From: Leptospiraceae bacterium
GTDB taxonomy: Bacteria > Spirochaetota > Leptospiria > Leptospirales > Leptonemataceae
Length of the DNA stretch: 64,000 nucleotides
Assembly: GCA_040217195.1 (NCBI GenBank)
Contig: JAVJNR010000005.1
Location: forward strand, 96,001-160,000
Direction: 5' to 3'
Part shown: positions 19,662 through 30,892 of the stretch, in pieces
Position numbering within the stretch: position 1 is the first letter of the stretch
Layout: every line of letters begins with the position of its first letter
Notes under the pieces: model-generated
Seen by the model: only the letters and a program-made list of their open reading frames with translations
Database searches by the model: none
What the model was told of the DNA's origin: nothing
Program-made: the position numbers and the translations under genes

Positions 19662-20354
19662 ATGTCACAAGCTCATGCTGTAGATCGACACCCTTCCCAT
19701 GAGGAGCTGGGAGGCTACGAAGGCGCCAAACTCGCCATGTGGCTCTTCCTGGCCACGGAATTGCTTCTGTTTGGAGTCTTATTCGCTGGCTTTGCACTCT
19801 TTCATGGAAAGTATGGAACAGAGTTTAAACTGGCCCATATGTCTCTGGACAAAGTCATGGGTGGTATAAATACCCTGATCCTGATTAGCAGTTCCATAAC
19901 TGCGGTGCTGGCACTGGATGCGATTCAGCGAGGCAAACGAACTCGATCTCTGTGGATGCTGGCCTCTACCATAGTTCTGGCCGGCGGCTTTCTTGTAGTA
20001 AAATACTTCGAATATACAGGTAAATTCGCTCATGGCATTTTCCCTGGCGAAGTCGCTCAGATTGTAATCAATCATGATACTCATGAATATGGAGCCATCC
20101 CAAAAATGTGGGAAGGCAATCCGGTAGATCCAAAAGGCATAGTTCTATTCTTCTCTTTCTACTTTGTTATGACCGCTATTCACGGTCTGCACGTTGTAAT
20201 TGGAATGTCCATTATCCTGGGCATCATGATCAAAATGGCCAGAGGTCGCTATTCTCACTGGTATTATACTCCGGTGGAGAACGGTACCCTCTACTGGCAC
20301 CTTGTGGACCTTATCTGGATCTATCTGTTCCCTCTGTTCTACCTGGTGCAATAA
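19662..20354 (+). CDS. coxC: Cytochrome c oxidase subunit III
   Basis: MWLFLATE, TAIHGLHV, LYWHLVDLIW. Confidence 0.95.
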   Translation: MSQAHAVDRHPSHEELGGYEGAKLAMWLFLATELLLFGVLFAGFALFHGKYGTEFKLAHMSLDKVMGGINTLILISSSITAVLALDAIQRGKRTRSLWMLASTIVLAGGFLVVKYFEYTGKFAHGIFPGEVAQIVINHDTHEYGAIPKMWEGNPVDPKGIVLFFSFYFVMTAIHGLHVVIGMSIILGIMIKMARGRYSHWYYTPVENGTLYWHLVDLIWIYLFPLFYLVQ

Positions 20355-20401
20355 AGGAACACTGGAAAAGCAACGCACTGATATCATAGGAGATCGAAAT
20401 C

Positions 20402-20779
20402 ATGCATATACCTGATCAAGAAAGCCGCGGACACATATCGCCCACCAGCACATACATATTCGCAGGATTAGCCCTGTACGTTCTGACCATCATCACCGTA
20501 GCTGCTTCCTATTTTGATACCGGAAGCATGCTTGTGAACGTAATGATTGCTATGGCCATTGCTACGCTGAAGGCCTTTGTGGTGCTCTGGTATTTCATGC
20601 ACATGAAGTACGAAGATAAGATTGTCTGGCTGTATGGGATCTGGTATCCAATCATCCTGTTTGCCATTCTAATTGGCTCCATGTTCCTGGATGTATTCAA
20701 TCGTGTAAAGGTTGGTCCAGATGCCCTGAATCAGCCGCAGGCTCAGGAATCTCTGTTGCTTGATAGAGACATCCGCTAA
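20402..20779 (+). CDS. coxD: Cytochrome c oxidase subunit IV (CtaF/CyoD family)
   Basis: IATLKAFVVLWYFMHMKY motif; AGGAG RBS. Confidence 0.9.
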   Translation: MHIPDQESRGHISPTSTYIFAGLALYVLTIITVAASYFDTGSMLVNVMIAMAIATLKAFVVLWYFMHMKYEDKIVWLYGIWYPIILFAILIGSMFLDVFNRVKVGPDALNQPQAQESLLLDRDIR

Positions 20780-20845
20780 CTGCGATTTTAGTCGCTGAGA
20801 GCAAAGCTAGATAATTGGCCGGCGCAATCGCGCGGTCCGAATACG

Positions 20846-20871
20846 AAGCCGGGAAATTCCCGGCTTTTTTT
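20846..20871 (+). terminator. Rho-independent terminator of the cox operon
   Basis: AAGCCGGGA-AAT-TCCCGGCTT followed by a T tract. Confidence 0.85.
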
Positions 20872-21054
20872 GTTTTTGAGCCACTGAATGAAGCTTTGTT
20901 CCTGAACGCCGCAACCCGGCCTGCTATACAAATAATAATTTTATTGTTTGCGACTGTTCGTATCTTCTGTATCATAGCATCAAGGGCTTTCTGTTGTGGG
21001 GCCCCTGAGCTGCATTCCCCGGCAGTTCAGAACAAATGAATAGGAGAATTCAAT

Positions 21055-21978
21055 ATGACCCTGGATGCATTAATAGTAGGTGGAAGCCATGCCGGATTAA
21101 GCGCGGCCATGGCTCTGGGCAGGCTGCGGCGCAAAGCAGTGGTAATAGATGATGCTCTACCCAGAAACCGTTTTTCCTCCCATGCAAACAATCTTGCAGG
21201 ACTGGATGGAATCGATCCCAATGAATGGAGACTGAAGGCAATCTCAGACCTGGTGCGCTACCCAACCATAGAATTCAAAGCAGACCGAGTTACAAAAATC
21301 CATCCAGAGAATTCAGGCTTTCGCGCTCATCTGGAATCCGGGACCTCCCTGTTTTCTCGCAAGATCATTCTGGCCTGCGGTATCAAAGACATACTACCAG
21401 ATATTCCGGGATTTTCAGAACTCTGGGGCAAAGGAGTCTATCATTGCCCCTATTGCCATGGATTCGAAGTCCAGGATAGAACGCTGGCAGTATTGGGCGA
21501 TGAAGCCTATCTCAAACACATGGTACCCATGCTACCTGGCCTGAGCAACCGGGTAATAGCATTTAGCAATGGAGCCAATGTCAGCTCCGAAACCAGGGAG
21601 ATTTTCCAATCAGCCAGCATTCGCATTTATTCAGAACCAGTGGAGCGCCTGATTCATGACGGGGATGATTTAAGTTCCGTGGCATTGACCGGAGGCCAGG
21701 TAGTCTTAGTGGATGCACTCTTCTACGGAAAGCTGGCCCCCATTACTATGTCTTCAGATCTTCCCAATCAGCTTGGATGCTCCACCGATGAAATGGGTCG
21801 TCTGATTACAAATCCAATGGCAGAGACCAGCGTTTCAGGAGTCTTTGCTGCAGGAGATATTGCCAGCATGCAACAGAGCGTTGCCGGTGCTCTGGCCTCC
21901 GGCCAAATGGCTGGTAGCGGCGCCGTGCATCAATTGCTTCATGAAGATTTTAAGCTTCTAACTGCCGCCGTGCCATGA
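21055..21978 (+). CDS. Thioredoxin-reductase-like NAD(P)/FAD oxidoreductase
   Basis: IVGGSHAGLSAA, HCPYCHG, TSVSGVFAAGD. Confidence 0.9.
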   Translation: MTLDALIVGGSHAGLSAAMALGRLRRKAVVIDDALPRNRFSSHANNLAGLDGIDPNEWRLKAISDLVRYPTIEFKADRVTKIHPENSGFRAHLESGTSLFSRKIILACGIKDILPDIPGFSELWGKGVYHCPYCHGFEVQDRTLAVLGDEAYLKHMVPMLPGLSNRVIAFSNGANVSSETREIFQSASIRIYSEPVERLIHDGDDLSSVALTGGQVVLVDALFYGKLAPITMSSDLPNQLGCSTDEMGRLITNPMAETSVSGVFAAGDIASMQQSVAGALASGQMAGSGAVHQLLHEDFKLLTAAVP

Positions 21979-22113
21979 GTTGCGGCAGCTAGAGCTCCGA
22001 CATCGGCTGCCAGCTCCGTTTCCTGAGCCTTCAGCTTCACCCATGCGTTCCAGAAAAGGCTCCGGACCTCATAACGGATGACAACAGAGTACGGAATTAT
22101 TTCTTTGTAGCAT

Positions 22114-24222
22114 ATGTCTTCTACCGATGCTCGCCCCAATCGACTGGCCCGGGAAAAGAGTCCCTACCTGCTGCAGCATGCATACAATCCAGTGGACTGG
22201 TTTCCCTGGGGGGCGGAAGCCTTCGAAAAAGCCAGATCAGAAGATAAAATGATCTTTTTGTCCATCGGCTACGCCACATGTCACTGGTGCCATGTTATGG
22301 AACGCGAAAGCTTTGAAAATCCGGAGCTGGCAAAGAAACTCAATCAGCAATTCGTACCCATAAAAGTGGATCGGGAAGAGCTACCGGATGTAGATCAAAT
22401 CTACATGAAATCTTTGCAGGCCATGGGACAACAGGGTGGATGGCCATTAAACGTATTTCTAACTCCCGATCTGCGACCTGTAACCGGCGGAACCTACTTC
22501 CCTCCCCAGCCAGCATTTGGGCGGCCCAGCTTTGGCCAGGTGCTGGATACAATCAGCGATGTATGGCAGAACAATCGCGAGAAGATCCTGGAATCAGCCA
22601 CAGCGCTGACAGAGTTTCTTCAGAGCACAAATCGAGCAACGACGGAAGGGGATGTAGAGAACGTGGCTCCCCCTGGAATGATGGTAAGCATCAAGGCAGT
22701 GGATTTGTTTCATCAATCCTTCGATGCCTATCGAGGTGGCTTTTTAACCAACGGTAACAACAAATTTCCGCCAAGTATGGCCATGCTTCTGCTTATACGG
22801 CAATATGATCGTAACCAGGATAAGCGATGCCTGCAGATGGTAGAGACTACCCTTTCGGCCATGAAGCGAGGCGGTATCTATGATCAGATCGGAGGTGGAC
22901 TCTGCCGCTATGCCACAGACCATGACTGGCTGGTACCGCATTTTGAAAAGATGCTCTACGACAACGCTTTATTCATTTCTGCTCTGGTAGAAGCCTATCG
23001 AGTCACCGGAAAACAGCAGTACGCTGACTGGGCCGAAGACTGCATTGAATACATTCGCAGAGATATGACCGATCCATCCGGAGCATTCTACAGTGCTGAA
23101 GATGCGGACTCAGAAGGCGAAGAAGGTAAATTCTATGTCTGGACCGAGCAGGAATTCTTAGAGGTTCTGGAGGAGGCCGGTCTGGAATTAGAGGATCGAA
23201 AAAGAATCCTCAGATACTGGGGTTTAAGCGCCCGGGGCAACTTTGAAGGAAAGAATATTCTGCATGTTCCGGTGCCTCCTGATGAATTTGGTGTGGACGA
23301 TGCATTTTTACAGAAGCTTGCAAAAGCCAGAAAGGCACTTCTATCCCGGCGATCCCGCAGAGAGCGACCCCTCAGAGACGATAAAATCCTCACTTCCTGG
23401 AATGGATTGATGATCTCAGCTCTTTCTCTGGCCGGTAGAATTCTTGGAAAACCGGAATACACGGAGCGCGCAAGAAAGGCCGCTAACTTTGTTCTGACAA
23501 ATTTAACGGAAAACGATGCGCTTTACAGAAGGTATCGAGATGGTGAGAAGAGATACTTTGGCACCCTTTCCGACTATTCATTGTTCGGATGCGGATTACT
23601 GGATCTGTACCGCAGTTGTGGCGAACCCGAGTATTTACTTAAAGCCAATGGTCTGGCACAAAAGATAGTAAAGGATTTCAAACCAGAGCAAGCTGCGGCT
23701 TTCTATGAATCGCCTCCGGAGCAAACGGAACTCCTGGTTCGCCCAATTGAAGGATACGATGGTGTAATTCCCTCCGGAAATTCTGCGGCTACTCGATTAT
23801 TTTTAAGTCTTTCTCTCTATGGCTTTGAACCTGCTGACTATCGAAAATGGGCTACACATATCATGAATCATTTCAAGGGAGCTCTTTTTGAATATCCCCA
23901 GGCCCATCCTTTCATGTGCACCAGTTTATTCTTAATGCATGACCCGGCCGAGGAAATCGCAGTAACAGCCTCCAAAGCCGATGCTGGCTATTCTGCAATG
24001 ATGGATTTTCTATGGAAGAAAAGCCATCCGGATAGAATCTTTGCCTACTTCCCACCAGGCCCTCTGGCAGATTCCAGACTGGATGAGGAGCGAGCCTCGG
24101 AGATCCCATTATTGCAGGGCCGCATAGATGATACCAGTCCTGCACGAGGGTTTATATGTAAGAATCTGGCCTGCGAAGCTCCGGTCACCGATGCACAGCA
24201 ATTTGCTCTGAAGCTAGAATAA
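22114..24222 (+). CDS. YyaL/SSP411 (DUF255) thioredoxin-domain protein
   Basis: [42 protein letters not shown]. Confidence 0.95.
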   Translation: MSSTDARPNRLAREKSPYLLQHAYNPVDWFPWGAEAFEKARSEDKMIFLSIGYATCHWCHVMERESFENPELAKKLNQQFVPIKVDREELPDVDQIYMKSLQAMGQQGGWPLNVFLTPDLRPVTGGTYFPPQPAFGRPSFGQVLDTISDVWQNNREKILESATALTEFLQSTNRATTEGDVENVAPPGMMVSIKAVDLFHQSFDAYRGGFLTNGNNKFPPSMAMLLLIRQYDRNQDKRCLQMVETTLSAMKRGGIYDQIGGGLCRYATDHDWLVPHFEKMLYDNALFISALVEAYRVTGKQQYADWAEDCIEYIRRDMTDPSGAFYSAEDADSEGEEGKFYVWTEQEFLEVLEEAGLELEDRKRILRYWGLSARGNFEGKNILHVPVPPDEFGVDDAFLQKLAKARKALLSRRSRRERPLRDDKILTSWNGLMISALSLAGRILGKPEYTERARKAANFVLTNLTENDALYRRYRDGEKRYFGTLSDYSLFGCGLLDLYRSCGEPEYLLKANGLAQKIVKDFKPEQAAAFYESPPEQTELLVRPIEGYDGVIPSGNSAATRLFLSLSLYGFEPADYRKWATHIMNHFKGALFEYPQAHPFMCTSLFLMHDPAEEIAVTASKADAGYSAMMDFLWKKSHPDRIFAYFPPGPLADSRLDEERASEIPLLQGRIDDTSPARGFICKNLACEAPVTDAQQFALKLE

Positions 24223-24525
24223 AGAACCGATGGATCTGTAGGTCTGTGGGCGGCCAGAATTCAATCTTCGAACTATTCCGGTCCAGAGATTGGTTCTAAA
24301 GCTTCCATATATCCTGTGTCAGACCTGTATCAGAAGGAAAGACAATTTTAAGATGCCCGGTACCCCAGGAGATCAGCGCCACAGGATGGAAAGGAAAAAC
24401 CCATAGCTGACATCCAAACTCGTTCTCTGTAACAATACTTCGCTACAGAGAACGATGTATCCAGGTATAATATACCATTCTTCTTTTTTGGTTGAATCAT
24501 GGACCTGCTCATCTCATAGAAAGGC

Positions 24526-26226
24526 ATGAGTATTCGAAACCTGTTGCGTTTGAATCTTGGCCTTGTCAGTTTATTGCTGCTTGGAGGGATAGTGTTCTCA
24601 CTGATTGCCCTTTTTTCCGTAAAGACTGATATTCAAAATATTTACGAAATCAGATTCAAGAGCCTGGGTTTTCTGCTGGAGGCCGACCGGGATGCCTACC
24701 AGTCCAATCTTGCTGCTCTTCAGGGAATCATGAATGAAAATTCAGATACCAGTGCTGAAATCATCGAAAATCGAGATCAAGTTAAGCAGAGATTCACAAA
24801 GTTTCTAACTATTTGGAACAGTGTATCCCGGGATGTGCATCCTGCAATCAAGCAATTCGAATCCCATTACCCGGCCTGGAAACAGATCACAGAATCCATC
24901 AGTAATTCCATCGCTGCGGGGAATATAGATAATGCCAGAAACGTATATTCTGGACGTTATCAATCTGAGTTTGGTAGCATGCGCGATGCAATGGATCAGC
25001 TTACAGAAGCTTCCAATGCGAAAGCTACAGAAGAGTATCAAAGTAGCATGGCCGCTCTGCGGACCCTGGTAATTACTCTGGCATCCATACTTGGAATTAC
25101 GATCATCGCCTTGCTGGTCACCTACCCTATGCTCATGCGCGGTATTACAAAACCCCTGGATGAAGCTGTAAATCTTACCAATTCACTGGCTGCAGGCGAT
25201 TTTACTGCAAATGCGGGTACCCCCAGATCCAATGAGTTTGGCCAGATGATTCGTTCTCAGGCTGAAATGGTCCAGCGACTGAATGAAATACTTCGCAGCG
25301 TGCAGGACGGATCGGCCTCTCTTGCTTCCACGGCCGAGGAAATGGCTTCCGGCTCCACTCAGTTTTCCGAAACCGCTCAGTCCACTGCCGGTGCCACCGA
25401 AGAGATTTCCGCCACTTCAGAAGAACTTTCAGCAGGAATGGACAATGTGGCGGATCTGGCATCGCAGCAAACCAGCGGAACGAATTCCCTGGTAACTGAG
25501 ATGGAGGGACTGGAATCGGAGATTCAAGAAATGAATTCCGTGTTGTCCAGAAATAGAGAACTGCTAATAACAATGGGGCAATCCGGCGAGGCCGGTCAGA
25601 AATCCATGACAAGAATGAATGAATCCATGCGAAGAATTCAGGATAGCTCGGCCCAGGTGATTCGCATCATTGAAGTAATTACAGGCATTTCGGAGCAGGT
25701 GAATTTGCTTTCTTTGAATGCTGCTATCGAAGCTGCTCGGGCCGGTGAGGCCGGCCGGGGATTTGCAGTAGTAGCGGATCAGGTGGCAGCCCTGGCAGAA
25801 AAGACCAGCCACAGTATTAAGGAAATAACCGGACTATTGCAGCAAAGCGATGCAGAGGTACAGACAGGGATTAAGGAGGTTTCGGAAGCCACCAATGTAG
25901 TGGGCGGTATCCTTACCGGTGTGCAGGATGTGGAAAAAATGGTAAAACGGTTTGATCAATTAATGAGTAGCCAGCTTGAATCAGCCAGTCGAGTGAAACA
26001 ATCCTCTCATGGTCTTCAGGGGCAGGCAAGAGACATTCTCAGTTCCATGGATCAGCAGCGCTCTGCCATCAATGAAATCGTATCCTCCGTTTCGCACATT
26101 GCTGAGTCCGCTTCCACTGTAAGCACTGGAGCAGAAGAAATTGCCCGTGGATCCCAGGAAATAGCCAGACTGGCAGATGAGCTAAACTCCGGAGCCTCAT
26201 ATTTCAAGATTCAAAGAGCCAGTTGA
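24526..26226 (+). CDS. Methyl-accepting chemotaxis protein (TM-4HB-TM-HAMP-signalling)
   Basis: ISEQVNLLSLNAAIEAARAGEAGRGFAVVA. Confidence 0.95.
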   Translation: MSIRNLLRLNLGLVSLLLLGGIVFSLIALFSVKTDIQNIYEIRFKSLGFLLEADRDAYQSNLAALQGIMNENSDTSAEIIENRDQVKQRFTKFLTIWNSVSRDVHPAIKQFESHYPAWKQITESISNSIAAGNIDNARNVYSGRYQSEFGSMRDAMDQLTEASNAKATEEYQSSMAALRTLVITLASILGITIIALLVTYPMLMRGITKPLDEAVNLTNSLAAGDFTANAGTPRSNEFGQMIRSQAEMVQRLNEILRSVQDGSASLASTAEEMASGSTQFSETAQSTAGATEEISATSEELSAGMDNVADLASQQTSGTNSLVTEMEGLESEIQEMNSVLSRNRELLITMGQSGEAGQKSMTRMNESMRRIQDSSAQVIRIIEVITGISEQVNLLSLNAAIEAARAGEAGRGFAVVADQVAALAEKTSHSIKEITGLLQQSDAEVQTGIKEVSEATNVVGGILTGVQDVEKMVKRFDQLMSSQLESASRVKQSSHGLQGQARDILSSMDQQRSAINEIVSSVSHIAESASTVSTGAEEIARGSQEIARLADELNSGASYFKIQRAS

Positions 26227-26248
26227 TGATTTCGCGGCTATTCTCCGG

Positions 26249-27367
26249 CTATTCTCCGAGCACTGAGCGGTACACTTTGATATTTTGAAGTGCTGTATTT
26301 CGGAAGTCGAAATCCTTCACCCTCTTTCGATTATAACTTCCGTATCTCTTACGAATTCCGGGTTTGCTCATGATGTAGAACAAATTCTCCGCCAGCATAC
26401 GAGGGCCCTGTGTTGGAGATAACAGGCCACCTTTCTTCTGGTCCACCATTTCAGGTATTCCTCCACCTGAGGTAGCAACCACCGGTAGACCGGCAGCCAT
26501 GGCATCGAGCACAGCCGTGCCCAGTCCCTCTTCTTTAGAGCTCATCACAAAAACATCGAATAGATTTAGAAATGCGGGAATGTCTTTCCGAAATCCTGTA
26601 AAAATAACACGATTCTCTAAGTGCAGCTCTTCGCAAAGTGCTCGCAGAAAACCTTCCAGTGACCCGGCTCCTACTATAAACAATTTCCAGTGCTTTTCTG
26701 GTCCATCGGAGCGATCCGTCAATTCTTCCAGTATTCCCACAGCCTCCAGCAAAGTGCGATGGTCCTTATGATCCACCAGGGCAGCTATGTTTCCCAGAAT
26801 CATGTAACCTTCGCATTGAAACTCCTTCCTGAGATAAGTGGCATCCGGAAGCTTTTTGAATCTTAATGAGTCAATTCCAGAATAAGCCACAGAAATCCGA
26901 TCCGTCTGGATCCCATCTTGAACCAGGATTCGCTTAACGTTATCTGAAATCGCAATATATCGATCTACAAAGGGACTCTTATACTTTTTTCGACTGAGAA
27001 AGTTCGGTCTTGCCGGAAAATCCACGCGACGAGTGACGATAAGTCGAAGTTTGTCCTGATTTCGCCTGGCAAGTAGACCAATGCTATGCGCTTTTGCAGT
27101 ATGGGCATGCAAAAGCCCGTATCCCTTTTCCAGGGCAATGCGCCGAATCCTGGAAGAAGCCAGAAAGTCCAGCTCCCCCAGAATCGACACTTCTTCTACT
27201 TGAATTCCTGCCTGCCGGGCTCTGGCCGCAAGCTCAGACCCTGGAGGCGCAACAATGCATTGCTGGATGCCCTCCTCTGCAAGAGCGATGGCGAGGTAAA
27301 GAACCTGCTGCTCTCCACCACGCCAGCTTTTAGCAGTGGTAATGTGAAGGACACCCGTAGATATCAA
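26249..27367 (-). CDS. Glycosyltransferase family 4
   Basis: WRGGEQQ, SSKEEGLGTAVLDAMAAGLPVV. Confidence 0.92.
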   Translation of the reverse strand: MISTGVLHITTAKSWRGGEQQVLYLAIALAEEGIQQCIVAPPGSELAARARQAGIQVEEVSILGELDFLASSRIRRIALEKGYGLLHAHTAKAHSIGLLARRNQDKLRLIVTRRVDFPARPNFLSRKKYKSPFVDRYIAISDNVKRILVQDGIQTDRISVAYSGIDSLRFKKLPDATYLRKEFQCEGYMILGNIAALVDHKDHRTLLEAVGILEELTDRSDGPEKHWKLFIVGAGSLEGFLRALCEELHLENRVIFTGFRKDIPAFLNLFDVFVMSSKEEGLGTAVLDAMAAGLPVVATSGGGIPEMVDQKKGGLLSPTQGPRMLAENLFYIMSKPGIRKRYGSYNRKRVKDFDFRNTALQNIKVYRSVLGE

Positions 27368-28359
27368 GACAGGATTTCTCCGAATTTAGAGGAATAATCT
27401 TTATCCAGTCTGGCTCCGTGGATTTGCACCACTTCAGAGGCCATGAAGTTGCCCCATCGCCCAGCTTCCTGAGGAGACTTTCCCTTGCTCAGTGCGAAAA
27501 GTGCACCGGCTGCAAATGCATCCCCTGCACCGTTTGTATCAATGGCCTTCACCTCGAAACCAGGAACATCGAATACCTCTTTGTTGTGCGCCACAAGAGC
27601 ACCTTTCTTTCCGTTGGTAATGAAGCCTGTTTCAACAATGTTTCCAATGTATTTCGCCGATTCTTCCAGGGATTCAATCTCAGTAAATCCACGGGCTTCT
27701 TCATCGTTCATAAAGACCACATCACAGTAGTCCCGAACCAGTGAATGAAGATCTTCCTTGTATCTTCCTACAAGGAACGGATCCGAAAATGTAAATGTAG
27801 GAATGGCACCGTTTTTGCGAGCCTCTTCCAGCGCTTTGTAGCAGGCCTTACGCGGACCTTCGCCATCGAATAGGTAACCTTCCACGTATACATACCTGGA
27901 TTTAGCAATTCGCTCCGGATCAATATCGCTCTCGGACAGTTGAACCGAAACTCCCAGATGAGTGTACATGGTACGCTCTGCATCCGGTGTTGTCATTACA
28001 ACGCAGGTTCCGGTAGGACCTTCCTTTTCTTCAATCGGATGGACATCAAAGTGGATTCCTGCATCCAGCAAGTCCTTGCGATAGAATTCACCGTTTGGAT
28101 CTCTTGCAACCTTTCCAGTATAAAAGCCACTGCCCCCACTTCGGGCAATCCCAATCATTGTATTTGCGGCCGAGCCGCCGCTACGGAGTTCCAGGCTTTT
28201 ATGGGATAAAGCTGAGAGAAGTTGAGCCTGAACACCGGAATCGGAAAGGGTCATTCCACCTTTCTGTAAATCGTTTTCACGAATAAAGTCATCGTCCACA
28301 AATGCAAGCGTGTCCACGATTGCATTGCCAACGCCATATACGTCTGTTGTTTTTTCCAT
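27364..28359 (-). CDS. PfkB-family carbohydrate kinase (adenosine kinase-like)
   Basis: GNAIVD, GGSAANT, DTNGAGDAFAAG. Confidence 0.9.
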   Translation of the reverse strand: MEKTTDVYGVGNAIVDTLAFVDDDFIRENDLQKGGMTLSDSGVQAQLLSALSHKSLELRSGGSAANTMIGIARSGGSGFYTGKVARDPNGEFYRKDLLDAGIHFDVHPIEEKEGPTGTCVVMTTPDAERTMYTHLGVSVQLSESDIDPERIAKSRYVYVEGYLFDGEGPRKACYKALEEARKNGAIPTFTFSDPFLVGRYKEDLHSLVRDYCDVVFMNDEEARGFTEIESLEESAKYIGNIVETGFITNGKKGALVAHNKEVFDVPGFEVKAIDTNGAGDAFAAGALFALSKGKSPQEAGRWGNFMASEVVQIHGARLDKDYSSKFGEILS

Positions 28360-28632
28360 TCGAGATAGTTTTTGGACCCTGGCCCACAAATCAAGGACAA
28401 TAGACGGCTGAGAATGACCGGACTGAGCCCATCAGATCTTTCCAGAGCTATCCAAACGCTAACCGTCCAAACCCTTGATGAGAGCCTCAACAAGGCAGGT
28501 TTCCGGTCCTGGCCAGTCCTATTCCTGACAAATCCTGGATTGAGCCAGGATTATGGATCTTTCCAGGATTAGTACAACCTGTCCTGGAATAACTGCTGAC
28601 ACTGAGTTCCTGAAAGACACATAAGGTCAGGT

Positions 28633-30753
28633 ATGAGCCTCACATTGTGGCAAAGAAGATTGATCCTGTTTTTCAGTTCTGTATTTGGACTTCTATTACT
28701 GCGCTTCTTCTTTCTGGTCTACAATGCTCCCAGCCCGGCGCCGCCGGCAGCAGATATTTTTCTGGCATTTCTAAGAGGTCTTAGATTTGACCTGGCCACT
28801 GTGCCACTAATCCTTCTACCTGGATTTTTGATCGCAATCTTTGGATTGATTCTAGCCTGGATAGTACCATCAAAGTCCAGAAGCTTCCGTTCCAGTATCC
28901 TGGATTGGACTTTTAGAATTGAGCTTGGCTTTCATTTAGTTTATGGTGCCTTCCTTGTAGGATTGGGTCTTTCCAGCGCCTATAACTATAGATTCAATGG
29001 TCGCCATCTGGGATGGGAGTTCAGCGCTTATATGAGCGATCTGCCAATGCTTGCGCGGTCATCTCTGGATCAATCCCTGTTCTTTTCATTATTTCTCATC
29101 CTTCTAGTAGTTGTATTCTTAATCCTTGCTTTCTGGCTGCCGGCCAGGATCAAAGCCCGAAAAGATCTATCGGTAGGCCGGGAACTCTTTCATCTATTCA
29201 TCTGGCTTCTCATATTCTTGATACTGGGTCGCGGAGGATTTCAAACCAGCCCCATTCGCACCGCAGATGCATTACAGACCGGAAATGCCTACCTGGATCA
29301 GTTATCTCTAAACGGACTTTTCACTGTTTCCAGAGACTTAAGCGATCGAGATCAATTCAGGCCGGTCGTAGAAAGGGATGTGGCAGTATCTGTGGTCCGC
29401 AGCCTGCTGGATGAACGGGATGCTTTTTTGAGCTCGGATTATCCTCTACTACGTTTCATGCAGCCAAGGGAAATCGGCAGGCCTGACTTCTCCACAATTC
29501 CCGTTCAGTCAGCAAGGCCGGATACGAATCGATTACCCGATGCCAATACCAGTCCGGGAGAGGAAAATCCGCCTAACATCGTTTTATTGATTCTTGAATC
29601 AGGTTCTGCATCCTTGCTTTCGCGAAATGGCGGGGATCCTGGCATTCTACCTTTCTTGAATGATCTTGTAAATCGGTCCGTGTACTTCGATCGTTTCTAT
29701 GCCAGTGGAGGTCGTAGTGCTAACGGAATATTCTCTATGTTCGCAGGACTACCGGATCGTGCAGGCAGAACCATTTTGCGCTCTTCTCAAATTCAGAATC
29801 GTTTTGGAGGACTGGCCAGGCTACTAAAGGGCAATGGATATCGAACTTCCTTTTACCATGGTGGGGATGCAGCGTTCGATAACCTGGATCGTGTTTTGCC
29901 AGAACTTGGCTTTGATGTGGTCTACGGGCAGGATTCACTGTCCAGAGTGATTGAGGAAAAACCAACATCCACCATTGGCTTCGATGATCAACAGGTACTG
30001 AAAGCATTCGAACAGCATCTAAGGGATCAAAGTGAAAAGAATGGTCCCTTTTTTGCCGCCTATTTTTCCCAGAGCACCCATCATCCTTTTTCTATTCCCG
30101 CCGACTTTGAAACGATGCTTAGCAAACAGGCAGATACAGCTCAATTAAATGGTTTTTTTGCAGCAGCGCATTTCATGGATCAATCCTTGAAAAGGTTTTT
30201 CGAAGAATTGGAAGCCAGTTCCTTTTTCAACAATACTGTTTTTATCATTGTGGCCGATCATTCCCATCATGCAGGTCTCAATTATCTGCAAGATAGGCAC
30301 ATTCCTCTGTTTATTTACGCGCCGGGCTACTGGAAGCCACAGATAAGAAAGGATATTGCATCCCAGTTGGACCTGCTTCCGACAATCCTGGCTATTTCCG
30401 GAGGAAATCAAATCTACGCTTCCATGGGCCGAGACTTGAGTCGTAGTTTTAAGGGCAACAATGGAAAGCCATTTGCCTTCTTTGCAGGGGGTAGCGACAC
30501 AGACATTATTGGGTGGGTGGAATCGGATAGAATCTTGTTTAAACACTTCTTCATAGAACAGGGTGTATTACTTCCCACAATTGCGCCGTTGAATACGGAA
30601 AACCTTGCTAATATAGAAAGCAAATTGTACGAGGATTACTTGAAGAAAGCTCAGATATTTTATCAGTTGGCAAGAACACTGGAAAAAGAAAATTCTATCT
30701 GGCCGGACTCAGTTCAGCTTGAAAATATATATAGATCTGTAAAGACGAGATAA
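28633..30753 (+). CDS. LTA synthase / phosphoglycerol transferase-like sulfatase-fold membrane protein
   Basis: 5 TM, GLRFD, NIVLLILES, STHHPF, IVADH, ASQLDLLPT. Confidence 0.88.
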   Translation: MSLTLWQRRLILFFSSVFGLLLLRFFFLVYNAPSPAPPAADIFLAFLRGLRFDLATVPLILLPGFLIAIFGLILAWIVPSKSRSFRSSILDWTFRIELGFHLVYGAFLVGLGLSSAYNYRFNGRHLGWEFSAYMSDLPMLARSSLDQSLFFSLFLILLVVVFLILAFWLPARIKARKDLSVGRELFHLFIWLLIFLILGRGGFQTSPIRTADALQTGNAYLDQLSLNGLFTVSRDLSDRDQFRPVVERDVAVSVVRSLLDERDAFLSSDYPLLRFMQPREIGRPDFSTIPVQSARPDTNRLPDANTSPGEENPPNIVLLILESGSASLLSRNGGDPGILPFLNDLVNRSVYFDRFYASGGRSANGIFSMFAGLPDRAGRTILRSSQIQNRFGGLARLLKGNGYRTSFYHGGDAAFDNLDRVLPELGFDVVYGQDSLSRVIEEKPTSTIGFDDQQVLKAFEQHLRDQSEKNGPFFAAYFSQSTHHPFSIPADFETMLSKQADTAQLNGFFAAAHFMDQSLKRFFEELEASSFFNNTVFIIVADHSHHAGLNYLQDRHIPLFIYAPGYWKPQIRKDIASQLDLLPTILAISGGNQIYASMGRDLSRSFKGNNGKPFAFFAGGSDTDIIGWVESDRILFKHFFIEQGVLLPTIAPLNTENLANIESKLYEDYLKKAQIFYQLARTLEKENSIWPDSVQLENIYRSVKTR

Positions 30754-30892
30754 TGAGATGCAGTGCTGGCAAATTTCTCTGCATCGGAATGGGCTCCAAT
30801 GGAAAGCTTGGAACCAGACCTGGACCTTCAGGAAGCGTCAGAAAGAAATGTTATCTGAAAGGACCTAATATAGTATGCCACAAGGGGACTCC

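Noticed and set aside
24300..24420. c-di-GMP riboswitch upstream of the MCP
   Set aside because: Lacks the GEMM-I motifs (GGCAAAC/GACGCAAA/CUAA) and I could not recognise class II motifs.
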